From: Anaerolineae bacterium
GTDB taxonomy: Bacteria; Chloroflexota; Anaerolineae; B4-G1; DUEL01
Direction: 5' to 3'
DNA: 64,000 bases
Assembly (NCBI GenBank): GCA_041082215.1
Contig: JBDOIF010000091.1
Span: forward strand, 9,841-73,840
Below, piece by piece: positions 57,968-64,000 of the stretch (its first letter is position 1; every line of letters begins with the position of its first letter). A model generated the notes under the pieces. The model was not told the origin of the DNA. It was given only the letters and a program-made list of their open reading frames with translations, and ran no database searches. Both the position numbers and the translations under genes were made by a program.

Positions 57968-58868
57968 AGAGGCAGTCCTGGGCCTGGAGGCCCGGGGGAT
58001 ACGGTATCGCTCCGGCCGGCTGGCGCGGCTGCTCCTGCGTGATCGAGGCGGTGTTTTCGGCCTGGTGGTATTCATTCTGGTGGTGGTGGCGGCCCTTTTC
58101 TCCCCCTGGCTGGCCCCCCATGGCCCGCTGGAACAGCACCTTGCCTTCAGCAAACAACCCCCCGCCTGGTCGGCAGGGGGGAGCTGGGAGTACCCTCTGG
58201 GGACGGATAACCTGGGGCGGGACATCCTCAGCCGCGTCATCTACGGCAGCCGGGTCTCGCTGACGGTGGGCTTCTTCGGCGTGCTCATCGCCGGCACCAT
58301 TGGCCTGGTAGTCGGCCTGATCTCCGGTTACGTGGGCGGGCGGGTGGACGGAATCATTATGGGGATCGTCAATGTCGTGCTGGCCCTTCCCTACCTCCTA
58401 TTCGTCGTCTTCATCGCCGCCATCCTGGGGCGGAGCCTCCTCAACGTGATCCTTATCTTCGGCATCACCGACTCCCCCATCTTTGTCCGCGTCACCCGGG
58501 GCGAGGTCCTCCGCATCCGCCAGTCCGGCTACGTCGAGGCGGCCATCAGTCTGGGGGCTTCCCGATGGCGCATCATTTTCGACCATATCCTCCCCAACCT
58601 GATCGGCCCCCTGATCACCCTAGCCACCTTCGAGATGTCCGGCATGATTTTCTACGAGGCCGGGTTGGGCTTTCTCGGCCTGAGCGTCCCCCCCAGCGTG
58701 CCCAGTTGGGGGAACATGCTCTCCAACGGCCGGAAGTACCTGGTCAACGCGCCCTGGATCGCTACTTTCCCCGGCCTGGCGATCCTCTTCACCTCGCTGG
58801 GGATGAACCTTCTGGGCGACTGGCTGCGCGATGTGCTCGACCCCCGCCTGCGGCGGGCGAAGAAGTGA
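57957..58868 (+). CDS. ABC permease (OppC/DppC type)
   Basis: LGTDNLGRD, YVEAA, HILPN, PSWG. Confidence 0.93.
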   Translation: MASREAVLGLEARGIRYRSGRLARLLLRDRGGVFGLVVFILVVVAALFSPWLAPHGPLEQHLAFSKQPPAWSAGGSWEYPLGTDNLGRDILSRVIYGSRVSLTVGFFGVLIAGTIGLVVGLISGYVGGRVDGIIMGIVNVVLALPYLLFVVFIAAILGRSLLNVILIFGITDSPIFVRVTRGEVLRIRQSGYVEAAISLGASRWRIIFDHILPNLIGPLITLATFEMSGMIFYEAGLGFLGLSVPPSVPSWGNMLSNGRKYLVNAPWIATFPGLAILFTSLGMNLLGDWLRDVLDPRLRRAKK

Positions 58869-58879
58869 GGGGGCTCCCG

Positions 58880-59887
58880 ATGGCGCCGATCCTTAAGGTC
58901 CGCAACCTCGTCACCCGCTTCCATACTGTGGACGGTGTCATCCATGCTGTCAACGGCGTTTCCTTCGACCTGGAGGAGGGAGAGACCCTGGCATTTGTGG
59001 GGGAGAGCGGTTGCGGGAAGACGGTGACAGCCCTCTCGATTGTGGGGCTGATCCCCCGTCCGCCGGGACGGGTCGAGGAAGGAGAGGTGATCCTGTTCGA
59101 CGGGGAACGGGAGCGGGACCTGCTCAGGCTCTCCGAACCGGAGCTGCGCCACATCCGCGGCGGCCAGATCGGGTTTATCTTCCAGGACCCGATGACGTCG
59201 CTGAATCCGGTGCTTTCCATTGGCCAGCAGATCGCCGAGTCCCTCCAGGAGCATCTGGGGATGGGTGCCGCCGAGGCACGCCGGAGAGCGGTCGAGCTGC
59301 TCGACCGGGTGGGAATCCCCGATCCCCAGAGGCGATATAATAGCTATCCCCATCAGTTTTCCGGCGGCATGCGACAGCGGGCGATGATTGCCATCGCCAT
59401 CGCCTGCCGGCCCCGCATCCTGATCGCCGACGAACCGACCACCGCGCTGGACGTCACCGTGCAGGCGCAGATTGTGGAGCTGGTGCAGGAGCTGCGCTCC
59501 GAACTGGGGATGGCGGTGATCTGGATCACCCACGATCTGGGTATAGTGGCCGGCCTGGCCGACCGGGTGCAGGTGATGTACGGAGGGCTGGTCGTCGAGC
59601 GGGCCCCGGTGGACGCGCTCTACGAGACCCCCCTCCATCCTTACACGATCGGGCTGCTGGGCGCCCTTCCCCGGCTGGACCAGGCGGGAGCGGGGCGGCT
59701 GGCGAATATCGAGGGCACGCCGCCGGACCTGTTTGCGCCGCCCCGTTGCTGTCCGTTTGCCCCCCGCTGTGCCTGCGCCTTCGACCGGTGCTGGCAGGAG
59801 GTTCCTCCTCTCGTGGAGATCGTCCCCCGGCATGAGGTGGCCTGCTTCTTCGATGTTGTGACAGGGAGGGCCCGGAACGATGGATGA
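58880..59887 (+). CDS. ABC ATPase (OppD type)
   Basis: [29 protein letters not shown]. Confidence 0.93.
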   Translation: MAPILKVRNLVTRFHTVDGVIHAVNGVSFDLEEGETLAFVGESGCGKTVTALSIVGLIPRPPGRVEEGEVILFDGERERDLLRLSEPELRHIRGGQIGFIFQDPMTSLNPVLSIGQQIAESLQEHLGMGAAEARRRAVELLDRVGIPDPQRRYNSYPHQFSGGMRQRAMIAIAIACRPRILIADEPTTALDVTVQAQIVELVQELRSELGMAVIWITHDLGIVAGLADRVQVMYGGLVVERAPVDALYETPLHPYTIGLLGALPRLDQAGAGRLANIEGTPPDLFAPPRCCPFAPRCACAFDRCWQEVPPLVEIVPRHEVACFFDVVTGRARNDG

Positions 59888-60863
59888 GCGCAGGGTTCTG
59901 GTGCAGGTCGAGGGGCTGAAGGTGCATTTCCCCATCACCCGCGGGGTGGTCTTCAGCCGCCGGGTCGGTGCGGTCCGGGCAGTGGATGGGGTTTCCTTCG
60001 ACATCCGGGAGGGGGAGACGCTGGGGCTGGTGGGGGAGAGCGGTTGCGGTAAGTCCACTACCGGACGGGCCATCCTCCGCCTGATCCGGCCCACCTCCGG
60101 TCGGGTTTTCTTCGACGGGATCGAACTGACCGGGCTGAGCGAGAAGGATATCCGCGCTCTGCGGCCCCGGATGCAGATGATCTTTCAGGATTCCTACTCC
60201 GCCCTCAACCCGCGCCACTCCGTCGGCAAGATCGTGGCTGAGCCGCTGGTGATCCATCGCGCCGCCCGCGGCCAGGAGCTGAGGGATCGGGTGGCCGAGC
60301 TTCTGGAACTGGTGGGCCTCAACCCCGCCTGTATGGACCGATACCCCCACGAGTTCTCCGGCGGCCAGCGGCAGCGGGTTGGGATCGCCCGGGCGCTGGC
60401 CCTCCATCCCGATTTCATCGTCTGCGACGAGCCGATCTCCGCCCTCGACGTCTCCATCCAGGCCCAGGTGGTCAACCTGCTTCAGGAGCTGCAGGAGCGG
60501 CTGGGGTTGACCTACCTCTTCATCGCCCACGACCTGAGCATGGTCCGGCATATCTCCAGCCGGGTCGCGGTCATGTATCTGGGCAAGATCATGGAACTGA
60601 CCGACAGGGACGAGCTGTTCGAGAACCCCCTTCACCCCTACACCGAGTCCCTGATCTCGGCGGTGCCGGTGCCCGATCCCAGGGTAGAAAAAAAGCGGCG
60701 GCGCATCATTCTGAAAGGAGAGGTGCCGAACCCGGCCTCCCCTCCCGAGGGGTGTGTCTTCAGTACCCGTTGCCCCCGGGCAGTGGAGGAGTGCCGGAGG
60801 GTGGAACCGGCCTTCCGTCAGGCCCGGCCTGGCCATTTCGTGAGCTGCCATCTGGTCCGATGA
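59880..60863 (+). CDS. ABC ATPase (OppF type)
   Basis: [26 protein letters not shown]-terminal Cys motif. Confidence 0.93.
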   Translation: MDERRVLVQVEGLKVHFPITRGVVFSRRVGAVRAVDGVSFDIREGETLGLVGESGCGKSTTGRAILRLIRPTSGRVFFDGIELTGLSEKDIRALRPRMQMIFQDSYSALNPRHSVGKIVAEPLVIHRAARGQELRDRVAELLELVGLNPACMDRYPHEFSGGQRQRVGIARALALHPDFIVCDEPISALDVSIQAQVVNLLQELQERLGLTYLFIAHDLSMVRHISSRVAVMYLGKIMELTDRDELFENPLHPYTESLISAVPVPDPRVEKKRRRIILKGEVPNPASPPEGCVFSTRCPRAVEECRRVEPAFRQARPGHFVSCHLVR

Positions 60864-60874
60864 GGGGGCGGGGG

Positions 60875-61795
60875 ATGAGGATCAAGAGCCGATTGCGTGG
60901 CTGGTTGTCTCGTCTGGTTGTGGGAAGGGTGGGGCAGGATTATCTGTTGCTGACCGTGGGCAGCCTTTTGATGGCGGCCAACCTCCGCCTGTTTCTGGCC
61001 CCGTCCAGCATCGCCCCCGGCGGTGTCTCCGGCCTGGCCATCATCCTCAACGCCCTGACCGGCTGGCCTATTGGAGTGACGATGCTGGTCCTGAACATCC
61101 CTCTGGTAGCGATGGGGTTCTGGCAGTTGGGCCGCTTCCGCTTCCTGGCCCGTACCGCTTATGTGGTGCTGCTCTATAACCTGGGGGTGGACATCATGGC
61201 CCGCTGGATTCCCCCCACCGGCGTCACCGAAGACCTCCTGCTCAACGCCCTGTACGGCGGGGTGGTGGGCGGGATCGGAATGGGCCTGGTCTATCGCGGG
61301 GGCGGCACCAGCGCCGGGACCGGCATCCTGAGCCGGGTGTTGCAGCTCCGGACCGGGGTCCCTGTCAGCCAGATCTACCTGGTGACCGACGGCGGCGTCA
61401 TCCTGGCGGCAGGGCTGGTCTTCGGCTGGGAGCGGGGGCTGTATGCGTTGCTGACCCTTTTTGTGTGGGGGATGGTGGCGGATTACGTGCTGGAAGGCCC
61501 CAGCGTGGTGCGCACCGCCTTTATCGTCACCGACCGGCCCCAGGAGGTGGCCCAGGTTCTGCTCAGCGAACTGCGGCTGGGCGTCACCGCCTGGCCAGCC
61601 TGGGGGATGTTCACCGAGAGGGAGCGCACCGTCCTCTTCTGCACCGTCAGCCGCCCTATGGAGGGGGAGCTGCGGTCGCTGGTGGCGAAAGTGGACCCGG
61701 AGGGGTTCGTCGCTATCGTCCACGGCCATCAGGCGCGGGGCGGCACCTTTGGCCCGCCTCCGTCCCGGCGGGATCGTAAGGAGGGAGATGGCTGA
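60875..61795 (+). CDS. YitT (UPF0750) family membrane protein
   Basis: IAPGGVSG, LNIPL, GGTSAG, DPEGF. Confidence 0.88.
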   Translation: MRIKSRLRGWLSRLVVGRVGQDYLLLTVGSLLMAANLRLFLAPSSIAPGGVSGLAIILNALTGWPIGVTMLVLNIPLVAMGFWQLGRFRFLARTAYVVLLYNLGVDIMARWIPPTGVTEDLLLNALYGGVVGGIGMGLVYRGGGTSAGTGILSRVLQLRTGVPVSQIYLVTDGGVILAAGLVFGWERGLYALLTLFVWGMVADYVLEGPSVVRTAFIVTDRPQEVAQVLLSELRLGVTAWPAWGMFTERERTVLFCTVSRPMEGELRSLVAKVDPEGFVAIVHGHQARGGTFGPPPSRRDRKEGDG

Positions 61796-62894
61796 GAGCT
61801 TCCGTTTTCTCCCGTTCCTCGACCTGAAGAGGATCCTCTCCCACCATTACAGCCTGGGAGAGCTGGTCGAGGCCCGCCCGATCCCCCGCGGCTACGTCAA
61901 CGTCAGCTACGCCCTTGAGTTCCAGACCGACGGGGGGCGGAGCCGGTACTGCTTTCGGGCCTACCGGCAGGGTATCCGAGAAGAGGAAATCCGTTTCGAG
62001 CACTCGGTGATCTCTCACCTGACGGAGAGGGGGTTTCGGCTCACAGCCCGGCTGGTCCGGGCGCGGGATGGGCGGACGTATGTTTTCGACGAAAGGGAAG
62101 GGAGGTTCTACGCCCTGTTCGAATTCCTGCCGGGGGAGGATCGGTATACCTGGGATGCCCCTTCGTGCAGCGATCGGGAACTGTGCAATGCGGCGACGGC
62201 CTTTGCCCGGTTCCATCAGGCCGTGGCTGGCTTTGTCCCCGAGGGGAGGCGGGAGGAGCCAGGGATCCAGGAACTTCTGCCCCGGATCGCCCAGAGCCTG
62301 AAGCGGCGCGCCGGTCAGGCGGGAGGGACGGCCTTCGACCGGTATTTTCTCCAGAACCTGGCAGCCATCTGCACAGCTCTGGAGCAGACAGTCAGTGAGC
62401 TGGATAGACGGGGCTGCGGGCGAGGGGTCCGCCAGGTGATCCATTGTGATTACCACCCCGGAAACCTGAAGTTCGAGAACGACGAGGTGACGGGCCTGTT
62501 CGACTTCGACTGGTCGAAGATAGACCTGCGGGCGTTCGACGTGGCCCTGGCCCTCGTCTATTTCTGTGCGGAGTGGGAGGGGGAATCGGACGGGGAGGTC
62601 CGGCTGGATAAGGTCAGGGCCTTCCTGAAGAGGTATCAGGAGGTGTTGGGGGCCGGGGCCGGGGGGAATCTGGCTCCCGGTCCGTTGAGTGAGCTGGAAC
62701 TTGAGTGCCTTCCGGCCCTGATGGCTGCCGCCAACCTCTATGTTTTGAACTGGGCGGTGGAGGATTTCTACAGCCAGGGGACAGACCCCGGGGAGTACCT
62801 CCGGTATCTCCAGCATTCGGTCCGGCTGATGCGCTGGCTCGAAGACGCGGAGAACCAGAAGCGGCTGAAAGAGACGGTGTGGAGGGCAGGGTAG
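61788..62894 (+). CDS. APH / choline kinase / type II homoserine kinase-like phosphotransferase
   Basis: IPRGYVN, IHCDYHPGN (Brenner motif), FDFD. Confidence 0.85.
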   Translation: MAESFRFLPFLDLKRILSHHYSLGELVEARPIPRGYVNVSYALEFQTDGGRSRYCFRAYRQGIREEEIRFEHSVISHLTERGFRLTARLVRARDGRTYVFDEREGRFYALFEFLPGEDRYTWDAPSCSDRELCNAATAFARFHQAVAGFVPEGRREEPGIQELLPRIAQSLKRRAGQAGGTAFDRYFLQNLAAICTALEQTVSELDRRGCGRGVRQVIHCDYHPGNLKFENDEVTGLFDFDWSKIDLRAFDVALALVYFCAEWEGESDGEVRLDKVRAFLKRYQEVLGAGAGGNLAPGPLSELELECLPALMAAANLYVLNWAVEDFYSQGTDPGEYLRYLQHSVRLMRWLEDAENQKRLKETVWRAG

Positions 62895-62904
62895 AGGGGA
62901 GGTG

Positions 62905-63128
62905 GCCCTCACCCCACCGGGAGGGGTGGGGGGAGGGGTGAGGGGGTGAAGTCCGCCAGACGAGGTGCTATTGCCGGATTAACTTGTTGATCTGCAAAAT
63001 CTCACCCTGGGGCTCAGGGGGTGTTGGCCTTCACCCCACCCCTTTATCCCCTCCCCTCGCCCGCCGCGCGGGAGAGGGGAGGGGGTAGGGGGGGAGGGGT
63101 GAGGGAGATGAAATCCGCCAGGCAAGGT
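62905..63128. repeat. CCCTCACCCC/GGGGTGAGG G-rich palindromic repeats with a duplicated ~40-bp unit
   Basis: ggggggaggggtgagggggtgaagtccgccagacgaggt versus ggggggaggggtgagggagatgaaatccgccaggcaaggt. Confidence 0.6.
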
Positions 63129-63169
63129 TCGTCTTGCCTGTACCCTAAAATTGATAACAGGAGGCTGCT

Positions 63170-64000
63170 ATGAGTGAGAAAACCCAGAAACCCCTTATCC
63201 GGTATCTCTCCGACGCCCAGGTCGAGGAGATCCACGAACGATCGCTCCGCCTTCTGGAGACCACCGGCGTCGAGGTGGGGCATGAGGAAGGGCTGAAGCT
63301 CCTGGAAAAGGCGGGAGCGAAGGTGGACCGCGACACCCGGCGGGTCCGCATCCCCCGCGAGCTGGTGGCCCGGGCGCTGGAAACGGCTCCGGCGGGTTTT
63401 ACCCTCGCCGCCCGCAACCCCAGGAAGGACTGCCCTCTGGTGCGCGGCAGCCGTCCCTACTCCCGCAACGGCGGCGGGGCGGACTACATCATTGACCTGG
63501 AGTCCGGTGAGTTCAGGCCCCTCCTGCTGGCGGACGTGCGGGACTGCTACCGGCTGATGGATGCGCTGGATGGTATTGACTTCATCGCCCCCGTCTTCGG
63601 CCACGATATGCCGGTGGTGGGGCGGGACGTCCTGATGCTGCGGGAGGCGTTCAATCACACCGACAAGCATATTCACCTGCGCACGTTCGGCGGCAGGAAC
63701 CTGCGCTATATGTTCGAGATGGCGGCGATCGTCGCTGGCGGGAAGGAGGAGCTGAAGAAGCGGCCCGTCGTCAGCCTGCTGGAGGCCCCCATCAGCCCCC
63801 TCAAGTACCTCGATGTGACGGTGGACGCCCTCCTGCTGTGTGGCGAGTACGGAATCCCCCTCGACATCTGCGTGATGCCGATCGCTGGCGGCACCGGCCC
63901 GGTGACGATGGCGGGCAACATCCTCCTGTTCAACACCGAGTTCCTGGCCGGCCTGACCATCTCCCAACTGGCCCACCCCGGCGCCCCCATCCAGTACGCT
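63170..64000 (+). CDS. MttB (trimethylamine:corrinoid methyltransferase) superfamily protein; 3' end beyond the window
   Basis: Hand-translated: LSDAQVEEIHERSLRLLETTGV...VRIPRELV...APAGFTL...NHTDKH...ISPL...AGGTGPVTMAG...EFLAGLTISQLAHPGAP. Confidence 0.88.
   Translation, partial: MSEKTQKPLIRYLSDAQVEEIHERSLRLLETTGVEVGHEEGLKLLEKAGAKVDRDTRRVRIPRELVARALETAPAGFTLAARNPRKDCPLVRGSRPYSRNGGGADYIIDLESGEFRPLLLADVRDCYRLMDALDGIDFIAPVFGHDMPVVGRDVLMLREAFNHTDKHIHLRTFGGRNLRYMFEMAAIVAGGKEELKKRPVVSLLEAPISPLKYLDVTVDALLLCGEYGIPLDICVMPIAGGTGPVTMAGNILLFNTEFLAGLTISQLAHPGAPIQYA

Overview
GC-rich bacterial chromosomal segment, most consistent with Chloroflexota (Anaerolineae-like). This assignment is inferred from gene content (GlyA-GcvT fusion, PHP-AlbA_2 protein, T/P-rich linkers, RRM protein) and from the periodic/GTAG palindromic repeats. 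It holds about 50 densely packed genes. I saw no rRNA, tRNA, CRISPR array, transposase or phage genes. Two genes missing from the ORF track run off the edges: a clan GH-A glycoside hydrolase (left) and an MttB-superfamily methyltransferase (right). Housekeeping blocks include pgeF-yggS-yggT-yggU, mutY, csp-RRM, moaA-moaC-MOSC, rpsT, radC, hsp20-lon, secDF, sucCD and a glycan biosynthesis cluster. Best candidates for undescribed biology: (1) a GntR-controlled operon with a nickel-pincer LarA homologue that lacks the second catalytic His, a dedicated ECF transporter and a class III aminotransferase; (2) an orphan Soj/ParA coupled to a signal-peptide-less GH/LysM protein with a ParB-like N-terminal peptide; (3) a PHP-Schlafen/AlbA_2 fusion in the hsp20-lon operon; (4) a PhnX-ABC-kinase-MttB cluster suggesting anaerobic catabolism of N-methylated aminoethyl-phosph(on)ates. 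All functional calls come from motif reading by eye; no searches were run.
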